From contig JAOUKV010000014.1 of assembly GCA_029882355.1 (NCBI GenBank), forward strand, positions 3,923 through 67,922: DNA of 64,000 nt. The letters run 5' to 3'. The stretch is from Gammaproteobacteria bacterium (lineage in GTDB: Bacteria > Pseudomonadota > Gammaproteobacteria > SZUA-229). The position numbers and the translations under genes are program-made. The notes under the pieces are model-generated. The model was not told where the DNA came from. It ran no database searches and saw only the letters and a program-made list of their open reading frames with translations. This document shows positions 10,623 to 20,029 of the stretch, one piece after another (position 1 is the first letter of the stretch; each line of letters opens with the position of its first letter).

Positions 10623-11261
10623 TTACTCAGGATAAGTAATACCGATGCCGCCTAAGCCACAATAACCATTAGGATTTTTTGCCAGGTATTGCTGGTGATA
10701 ATCTTCGGCATAATAAAATTCGGTAGCGCTCAATATTTCAGTGGTAATTTTGGGCTGCTTAGCGAATAACAAAGCCTGTTGATAAAAATCGCGACTGGCT
10801 TCAGCCTGCTTTTGTTGTTCGTCGGAATAAGTGTAAATGCCTGAACGATATTGCGTACCGCAGTCATTTCCCTGCTGCATTCCCTGTGTTGGATTATGTG
10901 ATTGCCAGAATACTTTTAAAAGCGTTTGATAGCTGATGACTGCCGGGTCAAAAACAATAAACACAACTTCATTATGCGCGGTCATACCAGAGCACACTTC
11001 CTGATAAGTCGGGTTGGGCGTGTAACCGGCGGCATAACCTACGGCTGTAGTATAAACTCCATCAAGTTGCCAGAAAACTTTTTCAGCCCCCCAGAAACAA
11101 CCTAGGCCAAACTGGGCAAATTGCAAATGATCAGGGAAAGGCGGCTGTAAAGGCATGTTATTAACAGCATGCTGAGCTGGCACCAGCATTTTGTGCTCGC
11201 GTCCGACTAGTGCATCCTCCCTGCTGGGTAAGCTGACGTTACTGTGCAGAAGAATAGACAT
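10623..11261 (-). CDS. msrA: Peptide-methionine (S)-S-oxide reductase
   Basis: [27 protein letters not shown]; start reassigned to ATG 11261, just after the upstream gene's stop. Confidence 0.95.
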   Translation of the reverse strand: MSILLHSNVSLPSREDALVGREHKMLVPAQHAVNNMPLQPPFPDHLQFAQFGLGCFWGAEKVFWQLDGVYTTAVGYAAGYTPNPTYQEVCSGMTAHNEVVFIVFDPAVISYQTLLKVFWQSHNPTQGMQQGNDCGTQYRSGIYTYSDEQQKQAEASRDFYQQALLFAKQPKITTEILSATEFYYAEDYHQQYLAKNPNGYCGLGGIGITYPE

Positions 11262-11265
11262 GGCT

Positions 11266-12600
11266 TTATTTCTCAATGCTATTGTTAGTAATGAGTTCGC
11301 GCAGAGACATATGATGTGTCGTCTGTTTGATTGACTCATCAATATGATCACACAATTCATCAATAATATTTTCTGAATTGATGGTGCCAATATTAGAATA
11401 GCTGGATTCATTCTGTCGTCTTATCGATTCGATGATTCGGACAATAGAAATGTTTTCCAGTGATTGGCTAGGGAGATACGACGTATCCCGTTCCTGATGA
11501 CGATAAATTAATTTATCAAATTCCAGTGCATGCAATATTTCAGCAAGCACATCATTAGAAATGTTTAAAGTGTCTGAAAGCTCACTTGATGTCCAGGCCG
11601 TAGTGTTGTCATGAAAGCTTTTTGCAATATGATACATAACCAGTAGTGCAATTTTTTCCTTCATACGACTGCTTAGGTGTGAAAGATTTTGTCCTGCCGG
11701 GATTTTGTCAGGATGCTGGTGGTAATAGGATATGGAAGCGCCTATTAATAAAATTAGCCAGCTTAAATAAAGCCAGATCATAAATAGAACCAGAATAGCA
11801 AAGCTTGAATAAACAGCAGTATAGTTGCCAGAACTAACAACAAAGGATGCAAATAACCAGCCTGTGGTTTCCCATAAGATACCCGCAATAAATGCGCCAG
11901 TTAGAGCAGATCGAAATTTAACCCTGGTATTAGGTACCAGTAAATAAACAACAGTGAAAGCTGCAATCACTAAAGCATAGGGCAGAAGGCTACCGGTGCC
12001 CGTAATAATCGTGCCAAGGTGTTCAGTGTGTGAGAGTTTATTGATGATAGTGGAGCTGGTGATTGCGGCGGTAATGGCTATCGCAGAAAATACCAAAATT
12101 GGGCCAATCATGATAACGCTTAGGTAATCACTAATTCGCTGGCCAAAACCACGGTATTCAGTGATATGCCAGGTGTAATTAAAAGCACGTTCTATTTTAT
12201 GTATGAGCGTTATCACGGTATAAAATAAAAGCGCAATCCCCATGATACCTAAAAGTCCGACGTCGATATTATCAACAAAAGTAATAATCTGATTGGTGAT
12301 GCGTGCGCCTTGTTCGCCCAGCGGCAAAAGTAAATGCAAAAGCAGTGGTTCTATCTGGTTGTGCAAACCAAAAACTTTTAAAATAGAAAAACCGACGGCC
12401 ATGGTCGGTATCATGGAAAGCAGGGTAGTGTAAACCAGACTCATAGCGCGCAAAGTTGGCAGGCCATCAGAGAGGTCGTATATAACCGCCTGTAATATAC
12501 GCAGATATATAACAACAGTACGCTTCCATATTGGCAGGTGCTCTAATTTAACCTCCCATAAAACCTGGTGAACTTTATTTTTCAAATAAGCTAAAGGCAT
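11266..12600 (-). CDS. YihY/BrkB family inner-membrane protein with C-terminal winged-helix-like extension
   Basis: [25 protein letters not shown]...FMIWLY.SW...L.GA motifs. Confidence 0.88.
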   Translation of the reverse strand: MPLAYLKNKVHQVLWEVKLEHLPIWKRTVVIYLRILQAVIYDLSDGLPTLRAMSLVYTTLLSMIPTMAVGFSILKVFGLHNQIEPLLLHLLLPLGEQGARITNQIITFVDNIDVGLLGIMGIALLFYTVITLIHKIERAFNYTWHITEYRGFGQRISDYLSVIMIGPILVFSAIAITAAITSSTIINKLSHTEHLGTIITGTGSLLPYALVIAAFTVVYLLVPNTRVKFRSALTGAFIAGILWETTGWLFASFVVSSGNYTAVYSSFAILVLFMIWLYLSWLILLIGASISYYHQHPDKIPAGQNLSHLSSRMKEKIALLVMYHIAKSFHDNTTAWTSSELSDTLNISNDVLAEILHALEFDKLIYRHQERDTSYLPSQSLENISIVRIIESIRRQNESSYSNIGTINSENIIDELCDHIDESIKQTTHHMSLRELITNNSIEK

Positions 12601-12603
12601 GAC

Positions 12604-13620
12604 TTAGTTAGTTTTTCGCTGTTTTAATTGCCAGGATTGAAAGTTTTTATCAGTTAAATAGCCACCCTGATTTATATAAGTAAGCACGCCGAGTAATCTG
12701 TAAAATTTCACAACGGAATCAATGCGTATAATTTCTTTACCACTACTGTCAAAAAATATGAGTGTTGGCGCGTGAAATAAACCAAGTTGTTTGGCCCAGT
12801 CTTTAGCTGTCGTTGAGTAACCGTCAGGTGTGATGACAGGTGTATCTGACCACATATTCAGTTGCACACTATTCATCTTTTCGAGTTGAGCAAGTATGTC
12901 AGGCTGGTTGAGTGGGGAGCTGTGCAGCAAGTCGCAGGCGTGGCAATTGCCCTGTTCAAAAGAGACCATTAAAGGCTGTTTATTCTTGTTGATGAGAGCT
13001 TTCAGGTCGTAAGGCGGATTTATGAAAAACTCTCTTTCATTAAGACCTTTTTCAAGAAAAAATAAACCTATTTCTGCACGTGCAAGATAATCTCGAAAAC
13101 GTTCTTTTAGATAAAAACCTTCAGTGACATATTTTAGAGCAGCGCGAAACTTATAAGGTGGGTAATAGCCGCGAAGCCTGAAAACAGGTTTGCCTTTTCG
13201 GTCATAAAATATCAAAGAAGGAGTGAAGTTGGTATCGTAGTGAAGAGAAAGATCTCGCTCGGTGTATTCTTTCCCATCAGTATCGACAATATCCATATTG
13301 CTCCAGATATTGATATTTATCAGGTCATAATTTTTTTGAGTGTAATGTTCGATATCCTTATTACCGAGGCTATTTTTGATGAACTGCTCACAGTAACTGC
13401 AGCGAGCCTGGCCAAAATAAACTATCAGGCCATTCTTTCCAGAATCGAGAGCATGATTAAGGTCTTCACCCAAATCGCCCGATGATTTTTTAAACCATTC
13501 AGGGTATTTTAGATTGTCGGCAAGTGGGGCGTCATCAAAATCGAGATGGTCGATATCGATCTCGGCGAATGTTGAGTCTGACAGAATGCAGAGTGTAATG
13601 GCGAATAAAATAATTTTCAT
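12604..13620 (-). CDS. Exported tandem thioredoxin-fold protein (SoxW-like)
   Basis: Signal peptide; two thioredoxin-like domains with CSYC and CHAC, each followed by a TP/AP(T/S)LIF cis-Pro loop. Confidence 0.75.
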   Translation of the reverse strand: MKIILFAITLCILSDSTFAEIDIDHLDFDDAPLADNLKYPEWFKKSSGDLGEDLNHALDSGKNGLIVYFGQARCSYCEQFIKNSLGNKDIEHYTQKNYDLININIWSNMDIVDTDGKEYTERDLSLHYDTNFTPSLIFYDRKGKPVFRLRGYYPPYKFRAALKYVTEGFYLKERFRDYLARAEIGLFFLEKGLNEREFFINPPYDLKALINKNKQPLMVSFEQGNCHACDLLHSSPLNQPDILAQLEKMNSVQLNMWSDTPVITPDGYSTTAKDWAKQLGLFHAPTLIFFDSSGKEIIRIDSVVKFYRLLGVLTYINQGGYLTDKNFQSWQLKQRKTN

Positions 13621-13734
13621 ATAAAGAGCATATTAGAAGGCTTCATGAATAAATGCTGTTTAGTAAATACCCGTTTTGTGCAAGCATTATAAATGCCTTG
13701 AGTGTAATGCATTTAATGCAGTGGGCTGTAATTA

Positions 13735-13974
13735 TTACAGCCACTCCAGAAGATAATAGATAGCCTGTCCTTCTGAAGATTTTGAGGGACCACTGACTCT
13801 GGCTGCATAGCGTTTATTATCAGGATCAGCGGCATCAACAGCCGCAGCGGCGGTAGCCATAATTTCTACGCAGCCTGCAGCAAATCGGTTACGACTGCGA
13901 CGTGGAACATAGACAACGGCGAATTCCATGTTGGAAACATTGGTTTCAGGATCTGGTGGAATAATGCCGCGCAT
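13735..13974 (-). CDS. Small hypothetical protein
   Basis: 79 aa, starts 4 bp after the stop of the UPF0114 gene; protein-like composition. Confidence 0.6.
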   Translation of the reverse strand: MRGIIPPDPETNVSNMEFAVVYVPRRSRNRFAAGCVEIMATAAAAVDAADPDNKRYAARVSGPSKSSEGQAIYYLLEWL

Positions 13975-13978
13975 AAGT

Positions 13979-14470
13979 TTAGTGCTGGTTCATTTTATCA
14001 ACGACAGCCATGCCCATTGCGGATACCACAAAGGTCAAATGAATAAGTACGTACCACATGAGTTTTTCATTATCGATATGATCTGCATTCATAAAGGCCT
14101 TGAGCAAATGAATGGATGAAATAGCGACAATGGAAGCCGCAACTTTCTGCTTGAGTGAGCCAGAGTCCATCTTGCCCAGCCAGGCAAGTTTTTCACTGCC
14201 TTCTTTAATATCAATGGTAGAGACAAAGTTTTCATAGCCGCTGAGCATCACCATCACCAATAGGCCACCGACCAGCGCAATATCTATCAGGCTGAGAATC
14301 AGCAGTACGACCTCAGTTTCTTTCATGCTAAAAAGTATCGGAAGCGTATGGAATATTTCCTGAAAAAATTTGATACCAAGAATGATAAGACCAAGGCTCA
14401 GGCCCATGTAAATAGGTGCCAGTATCCAGCGACTGGCATATAGAATAGTTTCTGCGGTGCGTTCGATCAT
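13979..14470 (-). CDS. UPF0114 (YqhA/TIGR00645) membrane protein
   Basis: [22 protein letters not shown]...[15 protein letters not shown]. Confidence 0.92.
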   Translation of the reverse strand: MIERTAETILYASRWILAPIYMGLSLGLIILGIKFFQEIFHTLPILFSMKETEVVLLILSLIDIALVGGLLVMVMLSGYENFVSTIDIKEGSEKLAWLGKMDSGSLKQKVAASIVAISSIHLLKAFMNADHIDNEKLMWYVLIHLTFVVSAMGMAVVDKMNQH

Positions 14471-14765
14471 GATAATAAGACTTGAATGTCAGTTGTTGGT
14501 TAATGATTAATATATGCTACGCCAGCATAGATCTTGTTTGGTGACCTATATCAAGCAGTTATTTTGCTCCTTATTGTACCGTAGAATGCGTGTGGCATGC
14601 GTATATTGGCCTATACCTGCCTGGCTCTCCTGTGATGATTTGAGGTTGAAAGAGCCCATTTTATTGTGAGAGATTCAGGATATTAGCGCCGCGAAGACCC
14701 AAACTACCGATTTTTTGCCAATTCTGATAAAATTTGCCCCCCTAAACAATACTTGGATACCAATA

Positions 14766-15248
14766 ATGCAAATCGAAAACAATAAAGTTGCGATTCTTCA
14801 CTACACGCTGAAAGACAATGAAGGCAACGTTCTAGATCAGTCTGATGATGGTAGTTTTATTTATTTGCATGGCGCCATGAATATCATACCTGGTCTTGAA
14901 GATGCTTTAACAGGTAAAAAGGTCGGTGATGATTTCAACGTAAAAGTTTCACCTGAAGAGGCTTATGGCGTGCGTTCAGAAGATCATATGCAGGAAGTAC
15001 CAAAAGAAATGTTCGAGTCTGATGCTGAGATTAATGTTGGTATGCAGTTTCATGCACAAGGCCCAAATGGCGATGATCTGATGGTGACAATCGCAGAAAT
15101 TAAAGATGACGTAATTGTTGTTGATGGCAATCACCCACTGGCGGGTGTGGAACTAAATTTCGATGTGAAAGTGGTTGAAGTCAGAGATGCGACTGACGAG
15201 GAGCTCGAGCATGGTCATGTTCACAGCGCGGGTGGTTGTGGTCACTAA
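14766..15248 (+). CDS. slyD: FKBP-type peptidyl-prolyl isomerase SlyD
   Basis: YLHG..NIIPGLE.AL, DGNHPLAG..LNFDV, His/Cys tail HGHVHSAGGCGH. Confidence 0.95.
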   Translation: MQIENNKVAILHYTLKDNEGNVLDQSDDGSFIYLHGAMNIIPGLEDALTGKKVGDDFNVKVSPEEAYGVRSEDHMQEVPKEMFESDAEINVGMQFHAQGPNGDDLMVTIAEIKDDVIVVDGNHPLAGVELNFDVKVVEVRDATDEELEHGHVHSAGGCGH

Positions 15249-15268
15249 TCCGTTCTCTGGGAGTATTC

Positions 15269-15610
15269 ATGTTAGATGATATTGAGCTAGATGCTCTGTA
15301 TTATGTTGATGACTCGGGCATCCATGGCAAAGGCCTGTATGCTCGGGTCGCAATAAAAAAAGGCGAATACATGGGTACATACGATGGCCCGGAGGGCGTC
15401 GAACATGGCAGCCATGTTTTATGGGTTGAAGAGGAAGATGGCGAATGGATAGGCCGCAATGGTCAGAATATTTTGCGTTATCTCAATCATCATAAAAAAC
15501 CTCACGCCGAGTTTGATGGTTTTGATTTATACGCGCTCAAAAATATCAGGGAAGGAGAAGAGCTCACTATTGATTATGGTGAGGAGCCAGATCCGGAGGA
15601 TTGCGATTAG
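15269..15610 (+). CDS. SET domain protein (putative protein-lysine methyltransferase)
   Basis: SGIHGKGLYA, RYLNH and GEELTIDYG SET motifs. Confidence 0.88.
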   Translation: MLDDIELDALYYVDDSGIHGKGLYARVAIKKGEYMGTYDGPEGVEHGSHVLWVEEEDGEWIGRNGQNILRYLNHHKKPHAEFDGFDLYALKNIREGEELTIDYGEEPDPEDCD

Positions 15611-15734
15611 ATTTTGACCGATGCATTCTGCCAGGTCATCACATACTCACAAGGTCATACTGAGTCTTGCCAAAGGTAGGCTTTGCATGCAAAGTGGCTG
15701 AACAGTGGGTAAAACTAACAAACAAAAAACAGAA

Positions 15735-17105
15735 ATGAATGATGAGATCCATCTTGAGTTCAAGGTGGGGCCGTTACATTTTTGTGCGTCAGTACTTGAG
15801 GTCGAGGCCATTATCTCACCACCCAGGATGATTCATGTACCACTGAGTGAGCATGTAGTGGTCGGTTGTTTTGATCATCAGGGAAGAACAGTTACGGTGC
15901 TCAGTATGCACAATAAGTTTGGTTTACCATTTACGCTCAAAGAAAAAGAAACGCATATTATTCTGGCCACTGTGGACAAAGAGCTCAAGGGTTTCTGGGT
16001 GGATCAGGCTATCGATATTATTCAGCTTAATACTTTTGATAATCATGAAGAGTACTATACGAATAAGCGAAAGGCATATTCAAATTTTCTGACTCGTGGT
16101 GAAGAAATAATTCTGCAAACAAGTTTTCAGCGACTGCATAGATGTGACAGTTCAAACCTGAGTTGGCTGGCAAGTGCTGATGGAAATAAGAGTATATCCG
16201 TTGTTAAAGATGAAGATACTGACACAGTCGATGTTATACCCACGCCTGAACATGAAAAAAATACAACGCTAGTAACAGGCGGCACACAAACATCAGAACC
16301 AACCAATGTTGACTATTATGTCAGCGAAGATCGACGTACAGCTAATGGCCAGAATAGTCAGTGCAAAGCCAGTACAAACAGAGCGAAATTATTCGATAAC
16401 ACAAAAAAGAATAGTGCAGTCTTAAGTAGTGGTCATCACGCCAGTGTCATAACACATGACCATAACGAATCTGGAGCATTGCATGCCCGCACCTACAGCA
16501 GCATAACTTCAAGCGAAAGCAAAGTGGTCAATAAGAATGTCGAGGTCTACATTCTGGTCGCAGCCTTATTGTTGCTGGTTGTACTTGGTTTGGGTAGCGT
16601 ATATCTGATCGATATGGGTACTGGTTCAGCAAAAAAATATTCCAGTAAAGCCGGAAATTCACAAGATTTATATACAGCTGTAAAGCCGATTACAGTGGTA
16701 GAGAATAAAGAAATCACAAAAAAGATGATGGAAACAGAGTTTGTAGAAATAGCGCCATCAGAAAATCAGTCATTGAATGCAGTCGCACAGAAGGATGAGA
16801 CAATGCCTGAACAATCGGCAACTGCACGTGTTTTTGAATTACATGTTGATGAAAAATCTGATTCAAACCTGTATGCAATTACTGGCTTTGAACCCGTGTT
16901 GCATCAGCAAGAGAGTGAGCAAGCACCAAGTACACAGACGTTTACCCATGTCGTAGTGAAGGGGGATACCTTGTGGCATATCACGCGACGTTATTTAGAT
17001 AATCCGCATCGATATCCTGAGCTAGCGGCTGCCAGCCATATTAATAATCCTCACCGTATTTATCCAGGTGATGTAATAAGGATTATTGTTAATCGAGCCA
17101 GGTAG
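15735..17105 (+). CDS. CheW-like domain + single TM + C-terminal LysM fusion protein
   Basis: N-terminal CheW-like pattern (FKVG...VEAII...VP.....VG...GR.V.V......GL...GFWVD); TM VYILVAALLLLVVLGLGSVYLI; LysM HVVVKGDTLWHI...INNPHRIYPGD. Confidence 0.8.
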   Translation: MNDEIHLEFKVGPLHFCASVLEVEAIISPPRMIHVPLSEHVVVGCFDHQGRTVTVLSMHNKFGLPFTLKEKETHIILATVDKELKGFWVDQAIDIIQLNTFDNHEEYYTNKRKAYSNFLTRGEEIILQTSFQRLHRCDSSNLSWLASADGNKSISVVKDEDTDTVDVIPTPEHEKNTTLVTGGTQTSEPTNVDYYVSEDRRTANGQNSQCKASTNRAKLFDNTKKNSAVLSSGHHASVITHDHNESGALHARTYSSITSSESKVVNKNVEVYILVAALLLLVVLGLGSVYLIDMGTGSAKKYSSKAGNSQDLYTAVKPITVVENKEITKKMMETEFVEIAPSENQSLNAVAQKDETMPEQSATARVFELHVDEKSDSNLYAITGFEPVLHQQESEQAPSTQTFTHVVVKGDTLWHITRRYLDNPHRYPELAAASHINNPHRIYPGDVIRIIVNRAR

Positions 17106-17121
17106 TAGCTGTATATCCGTA

Positions 17122-17919
17122 TTAAAAATCAATCGGCAAATAAAAGAACACAAATCTGCCGTCTTCAATATCCACTTTCAAAGTTGCACCGTGGTAAACG
17201 CCATAATCGACATAACCGGGTAGCGGGCTATTGGCATGGCATTCACTGGCATGTTGCGGCGATTCGAAATCACGATCCTTGTCGTACCATGAAAGCAGCA
17301 TGTGATTTTCGAGTTTGTGGTCGGCGACTCGGTTAGCGATTTGCATGGCAACCTGATAATCGGCAGGTGATGGTTCAGGGCTGAGCTCGACGGTTTCTAC
17401 GTTGGAGAAGTCGGGGCCATCCATGTTGCAGAACGAACCGGATTCGGCTTTGTCTGTTGTTATTAAGGATTCTGCAAAGTGAGCCACTGGTTTTATATTC
17501 TGTTCAAAATGAACGACTGATTTTATCTTCAGATCGGAGGGTAAATTCGTAGAGACAGGGCAATGTCCCATACGATCGATGATGTATGCAATGTCATCAT
17601 CGACTGGCTGGCCAGATTTAAGTATGACGTTGAATGCAACATCAACACTTTGGATATTCCAGAATTCACCAGCGATGAGTTTAAGTTCGCCAGTGGCAGA
17701 TTGGAGTATCAGGTTTCGTTCAGCGCTGTTGGTGCGCATGTAAAGGTGCTGGCAGGAGAACAGGCCATAGACCAGCAATAAAAAACCCGGTGACTTTACG
17801 CTCAGGTGCAGCGTTTTCCATTCATTTTCCAGCAATATTTCTACCAGAAGATCCGTAACATCATTCTTTTCGGATTCATAATTACAGTTTAGGCGAAGGT
17901 GGAAGTGTCTATCTGTCAT
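17122..17919 (-). CDS. OsmC-like domain fused to an AF1514-like C-terminal domain
   Basis: N-half SPG.LL...GL.SC...CPVS Cys pair as in the OsmC fold; C-half MLLSWYDKDRDFESPQHASECH...YG..HGA.LKVDI resembles the AF1514 family from recollection. Confidence 0.6.
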   Translation of the reverse strand: MTDRHFHLRLNCNYESEKNDVTDLLVEILLENEWKTLHLSVKSPGFLLLVYGLFSCQHLYMRTNSAERNLILQSATGELKLIAGEFWNIQSVDVAFNVILKSGQPVDDDIAYIIDRMGHCPVSTNLPSDLKIKSVVHFEQNIKPVAHFAESLITTDKAESGSFCNMDGPDFSNVETVELSPEPSPADYQVAMQIANRVADHKLENHMLLSWYDKDRDFESPQHASECHANSPLPGYVDYGVYHGATLKVDIEDGRFVFFYLPIDF

Positions 17920-17929
17920 GGTTGGCCCT

Positions 17930-18502
17930 CTATGCTCTGGACATGAACTCGCGAGTATCGGTGTTTACTTTGATGCTTTCGCCAACGGCGAGGTATTCAG
18001 GTACTTGTACGACCAGGCCGGTTGTTAGTGTGGCTGGTTTTGTACGAGCCGATGAAGATGCCGCTTTCATGGTGGGTGAGCATTCGGTGATTTCCAGTAC
18101 AACGTTGGAGGGTAATTCGATGCCGAGTACCTGGCCTTCCGCGACCAATGCAGAAATGCCTTCTAGTCCGTCTGACAGGAAGGGCAGTTCTTCTTCAAGG
18201 CTGTCATCGGAAAGCGTGTATTGATCATAGTTTTCGGTATCCATAAAGGTGCAGCCATCAGCATCGCGATATAGCAGCTGGATATCGTGACGTGTCATTT
18301 CAAGATCTTCGACCTTTTCATCGCCTTTGAAGTTGTGTTCGAATTTTTGATGCGTGCTTATTTCCTTGCCGGTGACTTTATAGAGGGTGCTACCACCACG
18401 AGAGTGGGGGTTTTGAACAAAGACTTTTTTGACGATGATAATTTTATCGTCGATTTTAAAAACAGTGCTTTTTTTTAGTTCGTTTGCTTTCATGGTTGCC
18501 AC
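17930..18502 (-). CDS. yeiP: Elongation factor P-like protein (EfpL/YeiP)
   Basis: P..RG..TLYK loop with Arg at the tip, FMDTENY.QY, ASSSARTKPATL.TGL.VQVPEY. Confidence 0.92.
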   Translation of the reverse strand: MATMKANELKKSTVFKIDDKIIIVKKVFVQNPHSRGGSTLYKVTGKEISTHQKFEHNFKGDEKVEDLEMTRHDIQLLYRDADGCTFMDTENYDQYTLSDDSLEEELPFLSDGLEGISALVAEGQVLGIELPSNVVLEITECSPTMKAASSSARTKPATLTTGLVVQVPEYLAVGESIKVNTDTREFMSRA

Positions 18503-18581
18503 ATTTAACTGGAATGAATAATGGGATTGCTTAATTGGCCATTATCGCATTTTTTAAGTTGGCTTGTTGAGTGGTGTCTAT

Positions 18582-19133
18582 CTAGAATTCTTCGACGGTA
18601 TAACGTTGAATTTTAATACTGTCGCTCCAGTAATTTTCAGGCAGGCCAGATTTCATTTTCAGGTGATTGAGAAAGTCTCGTGGTTTGGCTAGCGATTGCC
18701 ATACCGAAGGTAAAAAAGTTCCGCGTCGGTTGCCCTCTTTCATAATCAGGCCATCAATGTTTGGCCGGAGTTGAGAGACTAAATCCTGCTCAGAATTAAA
18801 AGACATTTTTTCAGGTGTGCCAAGGATGGAAATATGAATATCCAGTTGTTCGAGTTCATCCTCTCTTAGCGGTGGAAAGCGCGGATCAGAAAAAGCCGCG
18901 GCGAAAGCGTTGTGGGCAATATCTTCAGCCAGCGGGCGAACTGGTTCGAGCATGCCTATGCAGCCGCGAAGCTCGCCATTTTTTTGCAGTGTCACGAATG
19001 TAGCGCGTTTTGTATTTAGCGCAGCATCCATTGTTGACAGGTCAACACTTAAAGCATGCCCGCCGGTCAAACCCGATTTGATGGATTCGATAGCGATATC
19101 GCGAAGCTGTTTTCGTTGTTCTTCGTTATGCAT
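18582..19133 (-). CDS. amrA: AmmeMemoRadiSam system protein A (AMMECR1 domain)
   Basis: ATFVTL...G.LRGCIG, DPRF, TFLPSVW. Confidence 0.93.
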   Translation of the reverse strand: MHNEEQRKQLRDIAIESIKSGLTGGHALSVDLSTMDAALNTKRATFVTLQKNGELRGCIGMLEPVRPLAEDIAHNAFAAAFSDPRFPPLREDELEQLDIHISILGTPEKMSFNSEQDLVSQLRPNIDGLIMKEGNRRGTFLPSVWQSLAKPRDFLNHLKMKSGLPENYWSDSIKIQRYTVEEF

Positions 19134-19139
19134 AAGTGT

Positions 19140-19931
19140 TCACGGTTGCTCAAATGCCCACGCACCATATCCGACCACTTTATTTTTGTCACCGGCTGTG
19201 TCACCGGAGTTGCGTAAATCGAGCGTGCTTACTTTTAGATTGTGTTTGCGTGCGGACAGTAATAAGCCGAGAACCGGGTTACGACCACAGGCCTGTCCAT
19301 AATGTATTTGATGGCCATCGAGGTTTTCAATAGCAGAGCAGGTAGCGGCATCCATGGTTCGTGCAGTATTGTAGTCGTGGTAGTGGCTTAAATCGGAAGA
19401 GATAACAATTAATGTTTCATCGCCACCCCAGACAGTCTCCAACACCTCGTGCACATCGACATCACTGGCGTCTCCAACCACCAGTGGCAGTAAGGTAAAT
19501 TCATCCAGTACTTGCTGCAAGAAGGGTAACTGAACCTCCAGGCTGTGTTCCTGTGCGTGAGTGAGATCAAACTCATGTACCTGTGGTAGTTGTAGCAATT
19601 GTTTGCTGAGTTCGCGGTCAATGGGGATTGAACCTAGTGGAGTTTGAAAATAATCTGCACTGCTGGTAGCCAGCCCGGATAAGGCCACGCGGTGACAGGG
19701 GCCCAATAAAACAACGCGATGAATTTTATCTCTGGCGGGAATGAGTTGTGCGAAGGCGCTGGCGGCAATCGGACCGGAATAAATATAACCGGCGTGCGGC
19801 ACGATGATAGCCTTGGGTGATGGCGCAGTGATACTCACTTCGGCGAGCATGGATTTAACTTCCGCCTGAAGTTGTGAGGGGTTACCTGTATAAAACATAT
19901 CAGCGACTGCTGCTGGTCGGGTGCCGGACAT
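19140..19931 (-). CDS. amrB: AmmeMemoRadiSam system protein B (MEMO1 family)
   Basis: RPAAVA..FY, PHAGYIYSG, EHSLEVQLPFLQ, SSDLSHY, SGDTAG...VVGY; start reassigned to 19931. Confidence 0.93.
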   Translation of the reverse strand: MSGTRPAAVADMFYTGNPSQLQAEVKSMLAEVSITAPSPKAIIVPHAGYIYSGPIAASAFAQLIPARDKIHRVVLLGPCHRVALSGLATSSADYFQTPLGSIPIDRELSKQLLQLPQVHEFDLTHAQEHSLEVQLPFLQQVLDEFTLLPLVVGDASDVDVHEVLETVWGGDETLIVISSDLSHYHDYNTARTMDAATCSAIENLDGHQIHYGQACGRNPVLGLLLSARKHNLKVSTLDLRNSGDTAGDKNKVVGYGAWAFEQP

Positions 19932-20029
19932 AATACGCTCCTCTGATCTTATTATTATGCGACCAATGGGCTTTAAAAGTATAGGTTTTATCCTTATATT
20001 GGTCATACAGATATGGTGAAAGGGACTCG

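Noticed and set aside
11262-11411. N-terminal extension of msrA in the ORF track (likewise amrB to 20042, pilH to 6157, desaturase from 37667)
   Set aside because: The extensions overlap neighbouring genes or promoter regions; internal ATGs match the family starts
14471-14765. Long intergenic region with a GGCTCT...AGAGCC stem and a 37-codon minus-strand ORF
   Set aside because: No recognisable riboswitch, sRNA or protein motif; support too weak
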